This document shows positions 49,701 through 63,400 of a stretch of 64,000 nt of DNA, in pieces. The notes beneath the pieces were generated by a model. The model had not been told where the DNA came from and made no database searches. It worked only from the letters and a program-made list of their open reading frames with translations. The position numbers and the translations under genes were made by a program. Position 1 is the first letter of the stretch. The number at the start of each line of letters is the position of its first letter. The DNA is taken from positions 25,544,001 to 25,608,000 of the forward strand of contig CM022671.1 of NCBI GenBank assembly GCA_012295275.1, read 5' to 3'. Source of the DNA: Chrysomallon squamiferum. Lineage: Eukaryota; Animalia; Mollusca.

Positions 49701-50339
49701 ATAAAGTAATAAAGGAGCCCACCAGTGTGGTGCTCCAAGACTTCGTGAAGTTAATTAAAAAATAATTTGTTTAAAAGGTCTTAAAAGGACAGATACTGGA
49801 ATAAATTATATCTCAGATGATATTTACTACAATATTAATAATATATATATATATATTTCTACACACAAAATAAGAGAATATTTTTATTTAATTCTGTAAT
49901 ATTATTGTCATATATTATTCTTATTAGCAGAAGTTTCAGATTATTGACAAAAAATATGAACTTAGAAAATTAAAAATTCTAATTGTTTGTATCCCCAAAT
50001 ATGCACCATAAATAATAAAGAAAATTTTATTTTACCGCTATCTCTAAATACACTGGTTTTGCTGTCATAAACAATGATATTTTCTTTGCATTCTAATTCT
50101 GCATCATAAGGAACCATGAATTCACCATTCTCATTCTAAATGTTAAAATACAAGTATAATATATAAAAAATACTCATTTATTATCAGCTGGACATAATAA
50201 AATAATAAAATAAACAGTAGCAACATCTAAATGCATTTGAATAACTGTCCCCTACACCAGTACTACCATTACCTCAACAAAAGTAGGTAATAAATAATTA
50301 AAAGGAAAAAAGACAAAACAACTACAACAACAACAACAA

Positions 50340-50382
<43 letters not shown>

Positions 50383-51425
50383 TAATAATAATAACAATGA
50401 TAATAACAATGATTCACAATAAATGAATAAATAAATTAATTTTAAAAAATTGGGCGGCAATGCTGTATGTAAGCACAAAATCTATATTATTTATGCAAGT
50501 TATTTATTTTATTCTTATAAATTATAGAAATTAATTCAATTTATTTCTTCTTACAATGAAATCAAAATATTTATTATACATATATAAATGTTTAATATGC
50601 ATTAAATAAATGAATTAACATTAATGACACCTCATTGCATTTTATTATCAACAGTATTTAGATATCAGTCAGTTTTTAAAAAGTTTTTTTCTAAAAATAA
50701 AGATATGTGAAATGAAAACTGTTGACATCACTTTATGGGCTGATACTATTATATAACTGCAAGAGGTATTTTATGTGAATTTTCACTTAAACAAGGTCCT
50801 GAGGAGGATTAATTCATTATGACTAATGTATGCATTCTAATCACATTTTTAACTGCCTTTCCTAGAGCTGATGGTAAATCTATTATAGGTATGAAGTATG
50901 CTTGTTCATACAATCAATTGTCACTGGAGATCACATTGGGAAATTTACCATTCCAGCTAATATTTCAGAATTTAGCTTAACAAAGACTTTCATGTGTATT
51001 TTACTGATTATGGGAAAGGAATATAAAAATATCCCTTCCTACAGACTGAAAAAAATGACAGCAAAGGTTTCCTTTTTCATTACTATATAATCCTTAACCA
51101 AACATAAAAATTATGTACATCATTAAATACCAAAATTATAAATAAGGTCTTATTCAAACCAACCTTTACAGCTCTTTTTGCAGTGACAACATGACTTTCA
51201 TTGAAATCCTCTTTATCTCTAGCATCTATAAATTAATAATATATATAAATATATTTGTATGTGTCTGTACACATATATGTCTTTATGGGACCATTTATTT
51301 ACAGTGTGTGCATACACTGTAAATAAATGGTCCCATAAAGACAGACATACGGCCTGGTAAATGGGAAATGGTGGGATATTTTATCAGCAATAGCATTAGT
51401 TAATTTTTTCACACACACACACACT

Positions 51426-51456
<31 letters not shown>

Positions 51457-51682
51457 TGCCTTTATGCATTTATGTTTGTATATTTCTATGTATATATGCA
51501 TGTACCTAAGTACAAATATACATATATGTGTATGTGCATATGTATGTATATATGTGTGTATGTATTTATGATTTTCTTGCTTTAATCTACAATTATGTGC
51601 AAAAATGTAAACAAAACATAAAGAACACTATCATTGTTGAAAACAAGTGATGTATTTAAATTATTACTAACATTAATGTGTG

Positions 51683-51729
<47 letters not shown>

Positions 51730-51912
51730 TAATATAAAATTAAAACAATAAAAGTTTGTATCAAAATACTGATTGTTAGCCTGTAAATAGATGATGAATG
51801 ATTACCTACCAATCAATAACAAATAATTTGGATCTGTCAGGCAAGAATAGACAGTGGACTGTTGAAGTATATTGTAAAGATCAGTTGGCTGAATAAATTC
51901 TAAACCTTCCAT
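46713..51912 (-). CDS. STYXL1: Serine/threonine/tyrosine-interacting-like protein 1 (MK-STYX; rhodanese + dual-specificity pseudophosphatase), 296 aa, 9 exons
   Basis: Exons 51912-51810, 51225-51164, 50135-50036, 49435-49367, 49017-48950, 48533-48388, 47913-47816, 47429-47317 and 46844-46713 (891 nt; intron 4 is GC-AG). Peptides [18 protein letters not shown]...[47 protein letters not shown] and [14 protein letters not shown] match STYXL1. Confidence 0.92.
48158..48375. repeat. Degenerate ~25-30-bp tandem repeat in STYXL1 intron 6
   Basis: Recurring aaaatcaaactgaatcttatcttta-like units. Confidence 0.7.
51278..51343. repeat. 66-bp palindrome with one mismatch in STYXL1 intron 1
   Basis: tgtctttatgggaccatttatttacagtgtgtg|catacactgtaaataaatggtcccataaagaca. 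Confidence 0.9.
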
Positions 51913-52315
51913 TTTCGGAATTAAAATATTTTAAAACACCAATAAACAATTAAAAACTAAGCAAAATGCTTCAGTGTGTATTCGACATAATTCCTAACGA
52001 TTGCTTGAGTTATATTATCGAAGCAAAACCGAATATGAGTAAACATAAACAAATATATATCCACCAATAAATATAGTTCATTAATGTTGTAATGCACTGC
52101 CAAATATTTGTATATTATTTACAGTTATATTTATATTCAGTATTTTATTTATTCATATTTAGTAATTAATTTGATAATTAGTCATTTGTTACTTATTTTT
52201 TATCTGTAAACTATTAAATACTCGTTGTCATGGGCGGCTAAATACATGATACAGTTTATAAAATGGAACTATTGACAGGTGCACTTCCTGTAAGACGCCA
52301 TATACCGGTTGAAGG
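51913..52315. promoter_or_regulatory. Bidirectional promoter region STYXL1/MDH2
   Basis: Divergent start codons 403 bp apart. ETS-type CACTTCCTGT (52282-52291) lies next to YY1-like GACGCCAT, and CpG dinucleotides reappear locally. Confidence 0.72.
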
Positions 52316-52990
52316 ATGTTTTCCAGGTTGACTCGTCATTCGCAGCTTGTTTTAATCGTTAAAAATGCCTTTTCAACAACATCGAAGGTTGGTAATTAGG
52401 ATATTGAGGATTATTAGATGATATTAATATTTTAATTAAATGTTTATGGGTATTTTGATACCAAATACGGTACAGTTTAAACACGTGACCTTGAGAATAG
52501 GGTACATGTTCCGAAACACGATGACCTTCACTATTTGAGTATTTCTTTGGCAATGCCAATCATTGAGTTTCTTTTTCTTTTTATCTTTGTTTTAGTCAGT
52601 TTCTGTACATCGTCGATAAGCCAGCAATGTAAACAAATTTTCGCATACACTGCGAGAAACAGTGTTATATGTAATAATTAGTTTTAGTGTTACTGTTAGT
52701 GTTACAGTTACTCAGTTGGAATAACTTATTATTAGACAATAATTTGAATAAAGCGACTAAAGCAGAAATTTTCTTATTTAAATATTTGTCAGTGATTAAA
52801 ACATGCTTTGTAAAAACGGTAAAATATTAAAATGTTTGAACTAAATTGTGTTGTTGCTTTCATTATTAACACATACATACATACATATGCAGTGGACTGT
52901 GTCAAAACCGGATTCACTTGGGTCCAGTGAGATGTGCCATTTTAGACAGTGTCAGTTTATACAGATTAAAATGATGTGAAATTGGAGTAT

Positions 52991-53023
<33 letters not shown>

Positions 53024-56000
53024 TATGATTTTACAATTAAACGCCTATGAAGTTTCAGCTGAGAAATGGTCAGTCACTGATGACTGCAGGTTAGTTCATA
53101 TTTCTATCCAAAGCAAATTGCTCTGTCATAGCCTCTGTGTTTAACATCAGTTGCAGAAGTCTGTCTTCAGTGGTAGCAGCAAAAGATTTAATTTGTTTTA
53201 ACATTTTAAGAACATTACACCCAAAATACGGAGTAGACAGTGACAATGACTTTATTATCATAAACTGTAGGATTACAGTACAGAGAAGAACACATTACAG
53301 ATATAAAATAATAAAATTAAAATGCAAATCCAGATTAACCAAGATTTTGTTCATAATAGATGAACTATAACTTGACAGAATTTTGAAATGATACTAGTTT
53401 ACACCTATTCTATAAAGGTCATATTATATAATGTTTTAAAGTAATTAGCACAGAGTTGGTGCTTGCTGACAGATTAAGATGACTGCCTTCTATTGGGAGC
53501 TTTTGTTAGCACTGGGGTATGTATGGTCATATGACATGACTATATATGGCAACTGCTGCCTGGAATTTAAGGGGGTAGCTTTCTCTGAGAGTAAAGCATT
53601 GCACTCTGGCCTGGGACATTGTAGGACCTTAATAGGTAGTTAAGCTGGCAACACTGGTTGTGTGGTGGTTTTTGTATTGGTTTGATGTGTTTAGTTTTGT
53701 TGTAAAATTGTGATTTGTTTAATGAACTTGGTTAGTTGTTATCCTTGGAGACGCCAGAGTTACCATGTGGTAAACATATACCGGAATTAACTAATATTAA
53801 AGCCCTTGAACTGGAAACCACATCTGGTTTGTTATTCTTTGACTAGTGGTATATATTGCCTTACTGCCCTACCCCCCCATTACATTTGAATTAGTGAAAG
53901 ACCAGTTTTCACTGAAACCTCTATGTTTGTGTGTGTGTATTATTTTATAAAATATATTTTTACTGTGTAATGATCGAAAAGAAAAAAATTCATATATGAA
54001 TGTAATGTAAATATTTTACATAGTTTTAGATGTAGGTCTTGCTGTAAATTTACATTAAAGAAAATAGAGGTGGAAATGTTAAGTAAAAATCATTTTTTTC
54101 TTTTTTTTTAACCTGATATTTTATAACATTGTCATTGCTTATAGATGTCTGTGGCCATTTTTCATTGATAGCAGAATATTTGTAACTTCCAAAATGTTCC
54201 ATAAAATAGTAAATTTACTTGTATAAGCAGATATATGAGTAATTTAAAAGATATTTCAAGATTTTTACTTTATATTATATATAGTTAATGCACAGAAGAA
54301 TGTCGTGGTTTTAATATTAATTCCAATAGTTGTATATTGATCATCAGTATAAATGACCAGATATATAAGCTGTAGATCATCATCCAAAAAATCACTAATC
54401 TTCAGATGCATCAGCTGGTTGTAATCATGGACACACCATTGTGGAATAATTGTAAATTGAAATGCACATTTGTAGACATTCTGGCTTACATAATAAAATG
54501 GTCATTGATACCATCTTGAAGGTGCATTCAAAAACCATGTTTATTCACTTTGAAAGTTGGCAGAGCATAACCTTGTAGTTGGTTGACATTTAAAGATTTT
54601 ATAATGGCCCCACCGTTTTTCTTTGTGGCATAACTCATGTGGAAAGATCATACCAAAGATAGTATATGTTGATAATTATCATTAGTCTTACCTTGATCTA
54701 GAGCAGCTGTATAAAGAATTTTTCATAATATCCTGTTTAAATCTTTAAATTTCAGTACCCTATTACTTAATTAATTATTCAGAGAAAAAAATAAATGTAT
54801 TAGGCAGAAATCTATAATATTTTTCATTATCTAAGTACTAGAAAAATGAAGATGTTCAAACAGACTTGTATGCAGATATAATAAATATAAGAAAATCATA
54901 ATAACTTATTTAAATGTTTTAATATTTTTAACATGTAACCATATTTAATTTCAGGCTGAATCAAAAGTTGCAGTGATTGGAGCATCTGGAGGTATAGGGC
55001 AGCCATTGGCATTGCTGTTAAAGAATTCTCCATTGGTTTCACATCTTGCACTTTATGATATAGCTCATACACCTGGAGTTGCAGCTGACCTCAGCCATAT
55101 TGAAACCAAAGCTAAGGTCACAGGACATTTAGGACCAGAAAGTCTTAAGGAATGTATCGAAGGTGCAAAACTGGTGCTTGTACCAGCTGGTGTACCTAGA
55201 AAGCCTGGTTAGTAAAGATATTCTTTTCATTGAATCACAGAATTTGCATCACTATAACAAATGGTTATTATGATTTTTGTTTTTGTTTCATGTAATTTGG
55301 ACTGAACTGATATTAAAATAAAATAAAAATTATAAATTTTCTCCAGAAACTTAAGAAAACATAGAAATAATTTTTTTAAAAGTGACGTTGAAGATGATTT
55401 ACATTTCTATTTTCCCAGCTTTTTTTTTTCTTTTTATCCACCTATAATAAACTTATGAACATTTTAAATTCTATAACTTTGCTGTTAATGTTTTGTAAGC
55501 AGAATACTTGCACTTTATAGAAATGATTTTTTATTTATATCAGAAGCGATTATGAGTACTTTTTGCAAACAACACTGTTAAAGTTTTTCCATGAATAATT
55601 TTTTGTTTCCAATGATAATACTAACAATTTACATTTTAATTGTCCAGGTATGACTCGTGATGACTTGTTCAACACCAATGCTTCCATAGTAAAAGACATT
55701 GCTGAACACTGCTCCAAAATATGCCCTACTGCAATCCTTGGAATAATTACAAATCCTGTATTGTTCATTTGTATTTAGTTTTTATTTTGTTTATTATAGT
55801 TGCAGTTTTCTTTTTCTTAAGTTGTTTCAATAAAAATTCTACTTTTATTTTCCTTTTTTTTTTTTTTTACTTTAGGAGTAAATTTGTTTATCAAATACTG
55901 TTCTATATTTGAAATAAACTTAAAAGAACTGAGAACAGATGTTACAGTTTACATTATTATGTTTATCATTTTTCTGAAAGGTAAAACAGAAATGAAGTTC

Positions 56001-57794
56001 ACAATTTGTAAAGAAATAATTTTCTGTTACATATTTTGTTTCAGGTAAACTCTACGGTTCCGATTGCATGTGAAATGTATAAGAAAAATAATGTGTCAGG
56101 CTTTGAAAAGAGAATCTTTGGTGTTACAACACTTGATTCAGTGCGAGCAAATACCTTCATTGCTGAAGAAAAGGTTTCTTAGTGTTTTCTTTATATACAT
56201 TTTATATACATACAGGATTTGAAATAGACCTTTTGTGACATTGCATTCATTAATTGTTTTTACAGTTTAAATTTTATTATTCAGGATGTATGTTTTAAAA
56301 TGATTGCTGTTGTGAGCTAAATAAAATTATTGTATTTTATAATTAATGGGGAAAATGTCCAACATGCACAGGATTCAATCTGAGTAAACTTGCAGATAAT
56401 GGGACTGATATGCAAAATTAAAATAAGTTTTTTAAAAATGTCCCCAAAATTAATTAACAAGAAGAAAATCATAATGAACAGTAATAGCATGATTTTGTAT
56501 TTCTGTTTTCATTATTTAAATTTTTATTTATTTAGGGCTTAGATGTCAGTAAAGTGCATGTTCCAGTGATTGGAGGACACAGTGGAGTCACAATAATACC
56601 AGTTATATCACAGTGTACACCACCAGTATCATTTCCTCAGGTGATTTTTTGTTACTTCAGTTGTTTGCTTTTCTGTGAGATATTAGTAATAAATCAGTAA
56701 AAATCAAGAAGTTCCACTAAAAAAAATTGTCTCTTATTTCAGGTATATTTATTTTTTGAGCGTTTTTTTAAATAATATTTTGTAGTTACAATGAGATTTT
56801 ACATCTGAAAATGATATGTTACTAGAAATTTCTAAATTTTGTTATTTTAATGTTTCTGTAGGAGGTACGCATGAGGCTGACCAAAAGGATTCAGAATGCT
56901 GGAACAGAAGTTGTCGAAGCAAAAGCTGGAGCTGTAAGATTCAAATTTATATCTGTCTGCGTTTATTTTAAAGTAAAATTTAAATTGAAAATGAATTTTG
57001 GTTTAATAGTGTTGAGGGATTTTTTTTATTACAGTGCATTGGGGATGCTGATATTGTACATAACTGATTTGTTATATTTATTTTTAATTGTTTTTTTTTT
57101 TAATTATTATAATTTAAAACTTTTTTTTAGGGTTCAGCAACTTTATCGATGGCTTTTTCTGCAGCCAAGTTTGCAACAGCTATGTTAGAAGCTCTTAACG
57201 GCATGGAAGGCAAAGTGGAATGTGCATTTGTTCGATCAGAAGAAACAGAGGCAAAATATTTTGCTACTCCTATCTTATTAGGGGTAAGATGAATTTTCCA
57301 ATATAATTATGTTGGCTATATTGCAGTGCTGTTTAATGAAATTCTGAAAGGTTTATGAAATCCATGTGGTATTATTTATAAGACATAAAATCAAAATTAT
57401 TTTGTAAAATTGGACAGTTTGCTGAACTGATAAAAGATTGCTGTAATCCTGCTGACATTGACATACATGACATGCTATTCTTGACAACATTTTCTTGTAC
57501 TTCTGCTCTGTATGATTCTTGTATATATAAAAAAATATATATATACATTTAAAAATGCAGTTCTGAATACTACAGGTAAGGTCTTGCAAAGTATGAATTT
57601 CATTGCTTGGATTTTTAAAATATTTTTATTCTTGATGTATGGTGAATAATTAATACTTTTTATTGCAGAGAAATGGTCTTGAGAAAAATCTTGGACTTGG
57701 CAAGTTGATTGAATATGAGGTTGGACTTCTCAAGGAAGCTATGCCAGAGTTGCAGGCAAACATCAAAAAGGGCGAAGAATTTGCTCTGAAATAG
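52316..57794 (+). CDS. MDH2: Mitochondrial malate dehydrogenase precursor, 339 aa, 8 exons
   Basis: Exons 52316-52387, 54955-55207, 55648-55757, 56045-56173, 56536-56640, 56862-56933, 57131-57283 and 57669-57794, all GT-AG and in phase (1020 nt). Exon 1 encodes the presequence [24 protein letters not shown]. Core motifs: [68 protein letters not shown]. Confidence 0.97.
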
Positions 57795-60416
57795 ATTAAT
57801 AGATAAAATTTGTGTTACAGTTTTTGGGGGAACATTGAGGTGGGAACCATTTTTAAGACATGATCTTGCTGCCAGTTCTGTTCTCTGTGGAAGGAAATAA
57901 CCGCAGAAATGCAACAATGCATTTTTTTTACCTTCCTCTATGTAGATCTCTTTTTCCTTTCTTTCTTCTTTTAATATATAATACTCAAAATTGTAGGCAG
58001 TTTTTTTATATATATTTAAGCATTTTCATCTTTGGGTATTTCTCAGAGTAGAAAATCTAATTTTTAATGTGAAACAGTTTTGAGATAGTATTTAATACTA
58101 ACAAAGTATGTCAGAAGAATTTTTTTTTTTATATTTGGCATTAGTTAATAGTAGATTTAATATATTAATTGTTGACCATGTTCTCCATTTGAAAAAAAAA
58201 AAAAAAAAAAAAAATGTTGTTAATTGCAGCCTGCTCTTAAAGACATGTTGAATTGAATCACACTGTTTTTACCCCCGTTTTTGTTACTTTGTAATTATGT
58301 GATCTGTATTTTGAAAATGAGTAATGTTTATCCTCCAAAAACAACAAAAAAATTACATATTTTCTCTATGTAATATATAACTGCTTGTTCTATAGATAGT
58401 ATTACTAGCTAATTATGGTTCTGTGTTGTTAATTCAGATGTGTGATGCTGAAGTCAAAATGTCCTTTTTATAAATACCTTTTAATCCTTCAGATGTCTTA
58501 ATTTTATCGTTCTGTTTTGAAAAAATAATTTTGATTTTTCTTTTTGTAAAACTGAAATATGATGTCCATTGGCTATTCGAAGTTAGTAATTATTTTTTAA
58601 ATAAATTTGGAGGATATTTATAGTAATCAGAAGTTTGTGACAGTCTGAGAACACCATCACAACTTTTCAAAAAAATTCAGAGATTTCATTTGACTGAACA
58701 TCATTAGACAGGTAACTAAGACACTGGACAGGGACTTGCATTTCCATCATCTTTTAAGTTTACCTCTTCAGGATAACAGTTTAATGTGCTGTCAATGAAT
58801 ATTTTTGTAGACTGGCTTACATTAAAATGTATGAACGTGGAATTTTGGTTTGTTTTTCTTTCATTTTGTTAAAGAAAATATGTTTCACTTGATCTAAGAA
58901 AAACAGTTGTGTGCATTCCTAAAAAAAAATATCTGAATTAATACTGTCCATCAAATGCAATATAATAAGAATCTTAAATATTTTCAGTCAGTTGGCATAT
59001 TAGCATTCAATTTGCGATATACTCTGATTATCTTTACATTTGGCCCATGAGGTCTGCATGAGGTCCATTTTATAAATTTATGTGTATAAAATCAATGCAA
59101 GTATGGGATATTTTACTACTATTTTAAGTAACTGCTGAACAATGAAAAATAAATAAGTGTATTGTATTTTGGAAAATGGATATAAGATGGCATTTAAGTC
59201 TAAATGCAAATTCCATTAATATTTAATATGCAGCAGGCTTTTTTTTTAATATAATATTTAAAATAGTTTCGTTCATGATATCACTTTTGTTTGTTAAACT
59301 ATACGAAAAATGTGAGATATCACTAATTCAGCTGGTTGAAAAAGTTTCAGATAAGGGATCTTAAGCATGTACTGACTTGTAAAAAAAAAAAAAAAAAAAA
59401 AAAAAAGAAATTGGTAGACTGTTTATATTCTTTGAACCATTCCTACCAAAACTATACAATAACAATGGCTAACAAGTAGTGACACCACTTGTAAGATCTG
59501 GCTTTTGTTTTACACAAGCTTTAAATAAATATGCTTCAGTTTTTAATTTATGTTAGGATTGCATTAACATAGCTAACTTTTAAGTTGGTGCATCATGCGT
59601 ACATCAGGTGACAGATGTAATTAGTATACAAAAATAACAGACAATAATGAAATGCCAACATTAAATATGTAATGTGCATCATACATCAACTATTAATAAA
59701 CTTTCGGAATAATAATAGTAATAAAAAAAAATACAGCTATTTATTTTTATTATTATTTCATATTTGCTATCTGCATACAATAGTAAGTTTATTTATAATA
59801 ATAATAATAAAGAGGCATTACAACAAAAATTAAAAATCAGTTATAAAATAATTCAGTAGCAATGTTCATAAGCCCCCCCCCCAAAAAAAAAATATATATA
59901 TATATATTTAATCGTGTACGCACATTCGGGATAAATCATAAAACGATATCACTTTATCTGTATAATTATGCTTTTTAGGTCGTTTCTTATCTGTTATACT
60001 CTATTACATGATATTATCAACATAGATAAGGGGTAACAATAATAATAAAAAAAGTATTACTTTGAAAAAAAACAAAAGTCAGACTGTTTCAGTTTTTTAT
60101 CATCAAGCACACATTTAATCACTACAGACGGCTGCAACACAAAATCACAAACGCTATCGTTATCCTACTGCTTCTACCACTGCTTAAATTGTTTTAGTAT
60201 GTTATCTTAGTGTAATGAATTTGACTGATAATGCCCATTCTGAAAAATAAGCAATAATAAACACATTCGTTTATTAACGAACTATATAGATTATAGTATA
60301 CCTGGCAATTATGTATAAATAGGGAGAGTTATCTCCCCAAACGTGAGTTTTCAAACAGTAAGAAAAATAAATTAATTCTAAAAATAAAAAAAAATAAAAA
60401 ATGTGATAGAACGAAA

Positions 60417-63400
60417 ATGGCAGAAAATGATGTTGTTACGATAAAATATAATGATTTACAAGACATCGTGCAAGGTAAAAGTAAAGGTAAATAATTATAA
60501 TTATACATTACAACGCAAATTATATCATACTTTTCTTTGCAAACTGAAAAGTAAGACAAATGTTTTGATTGAAATAGCTGATTCAACTTCAAGGATTCAA
60601 ATTTTTAATTTTTTTGCTTGAAGTTATAAAAGATCGGTAACTTTTATAAATACTGAATTATTTAAGTGACATAAATTAATATCATTTTGTACCCAATATA
60701 ATCCATTAATTTTTACAATTTGTTTATGTAAGATTATCTGATATTTACAAAACTGAAAATAATTAAGCCGAAACTGAAACTTCAAATTAGCTTAAAACGT
60801 AAAAGTTAAATCAAACTTCAAAACAGTTCCTGCCTATCAATACATATTTATAGAAGATATAGTTAATGTCCGTTCTGCACTAAGATGTGTGTGTGAGTGT
60901 TGTATTTTGCAAAAACAAATTCATCAAATATTTTGTGTTTGTCGCTGTGTGTATGTGTGTCTGTGTGTGTGAATGAATGAATGAATGAATGTTTAACAGT
61001 ATGCTCAGTATGAAAAACAAATTAACTGATAGTGTCAGACAGATATGAAAATTATTTATGATATATATAAAATTAAGTAGTAAAATAATATAAATTTTTT
61101 CAAACATTTATACAACACAGAGTAAATATCTCTGCAAAATCTGAATATCACATTTAATTGAAATTGAAAAATTATTATAAAACAAATTTTCTTTTAAAAT
61201 GTCAGTAAAATATTTGTGTGGAATCTAAACAATTCCACCACATCAGAGATACTGCAAAATGACTGCATTCCACCAAAGTGTGGCAAACTGTCAAAATGCA
61301 CTGACAGTGCTCACACTGAGATGAAGGATATTTCTTTAAGATATGTTTAAGGTATCAGTTGTATATGATTGATGTAGTCATGACATGAGACAATTTCATC
61401 CTTCCTGTAACCACCTGTAATTTCCTAGGACTGGTTTAACTGAATGAAGCATATTCGCAATGGCACATTTCCATTCATTTTGCCAAACAGAAAAGATATA
61501 CAGGATGATAAGAAATTTAAAATCAGTATAGGTTACAGCAATTTCAGCACATGGCAAATCTAAAGCAGGCTTAGCAGCATTTTTGCCTTTTCATTACCCG
61601 TTATGCCAACATGGATGCCAACAGAAAATAATGTCATTGTTGGCAGTAATTAAAAAGACACACTTTTGTATCATCATCCCAGTTAAGGGATGTTCCAGCT
61701 TCATATGTCATAAAGCTTGGAGACATGTGAGTGGATCTGTAAAAATAATATATTCAAATGAGGATGTCGTTTTTATTTGTACCAGGACTTTAAAGATTGC
61801 CCAAACTTTAACAGTGAATATAGATGTCAAACCAAATTTCAGTGTCTGATGGAAACACTGAGCACATGCCATAGGACTTCCATCCCTCAATCCATCTGTA
61901 TAAACAGAAATGTAGTAACAATATCTGTCTCAAATTTCCATGAAAAGCTGCTGTACAATCTTATTTCAAATGCACCAAGTCCAGCACAATCTTTTATGGT
62001 TTGATATGCCAAGGGAGTAAAACAAAATATGAAAGCATTTCCAAAATGTCAGAGAAATCCATGTTGGAAGCAGATAAAAAATGCCTGATATGAAGTCCAA
62101 AACTGTGTATGGTATTTGGCTTCATATCAGACAACTTCTCATATTTTTTTTATCAAACACTGGTAAAGGTTTTATTTTGGCAACAATACCACAGTCATAC
62201 ATAGTAGAGCTGCACCAAAGTATAAAATTTCTACAGGTGAAGACCTAAATGCTCAAAGACAAAATCTAAGACTTTGGTTGCGTATAGGATATCCAACATT
62301 TTTAAGTTAGTCTTTTAAGCTGACCATACACAATAAATCCATAACACACTTTTTATTAATTCTGTTCTTTTGGATTTAGATATCTATTATTTAAATATTA
62401 TAGGCTATGTGCCTTACACGTACATCTGCACCCACACTCACATACATAATTTCTGGGTGCTTTCTGTAACATAGTTTTTTTGTTTGTTTTTTCAGCTAAG
62501 TGTTCACCAAGCAGAAACCAGCAAAGAAAATCACGTCGACCTCCGCAACAGATATATCGTCCTGGACTCTCTCGTCTGAGTAAAAAAGGAAAAGAGCAAA
62601 CAAGTGTAGATCAACAAAATAGTTCTTTTGAAAACTGGGAGACCCCAGAATTGGCTTTAACAGATGAAGAAATTGGCAGTAAAGAAAGTAGCTTAGAACG
62701 GGATGTTGGTAGTATTGCAAGTAGCTATGGACCAGAAAGTCCTTTTCTGTCCTGTGATTTGCATATTTCTGAAGATGATTTAGATACAAAAAGAGATGAT
62801 GTGCGCAGGCGAAGCAAAAGACCTGATATTCCAATTTATGTGCCTCGAGGGAAGCTTATTGAGCAGGAAGCAAAGAAAAGTGATGATACTGTTGATGATA
62901 ATGCTGAGGAAGTATGGGAGTCAGATGATGTTGTTAGTCCACCTGCAGAAATACAGCCTCCACCAAAAGGTGTTGAAAGTGGCACATCATCAGTATCCAG
63001 CAGTCCTGGTGTCATTACTACTCAGGTTTTTAAAAATAAAAGTCATCTTCATCAGAATGCTGCATTGTCAGATCACCGAAAAATGGACAGAGGTGTGTAT
63101 GGAAATATGCAAGTCACTGTTGTTAATTTGGCAGGTGACAATTCAGCAGAAAGTGTTCGTCTTGTGCATGAAGCTGAAAATAACCTCACAGATGCCAATT
63201 TTTCAGGAGCTAAGAGTAAAAAGTCGGTAAACTCTGATGTAAGGAATCAGCAGAGTAATCGAGGTGTTTCTGGTGAGCCAAAAACTGTACCAAATGAAAG
63301 AGGATATAATTCATTTCCAAGAGACAGAAGGAGAGATAGAGGTCGTAACTATGGCAGAGAAATAAAGTCAGGCAAGTTTGGATCTCTGGAAAGGAAAGAC

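Noticed and set aside
52888-54720. GC-richer patches in MDH2 intron 1 that may be decayed transposon fragments
   Set aside because: No convincing protein motif or paired termini could be read by eye.
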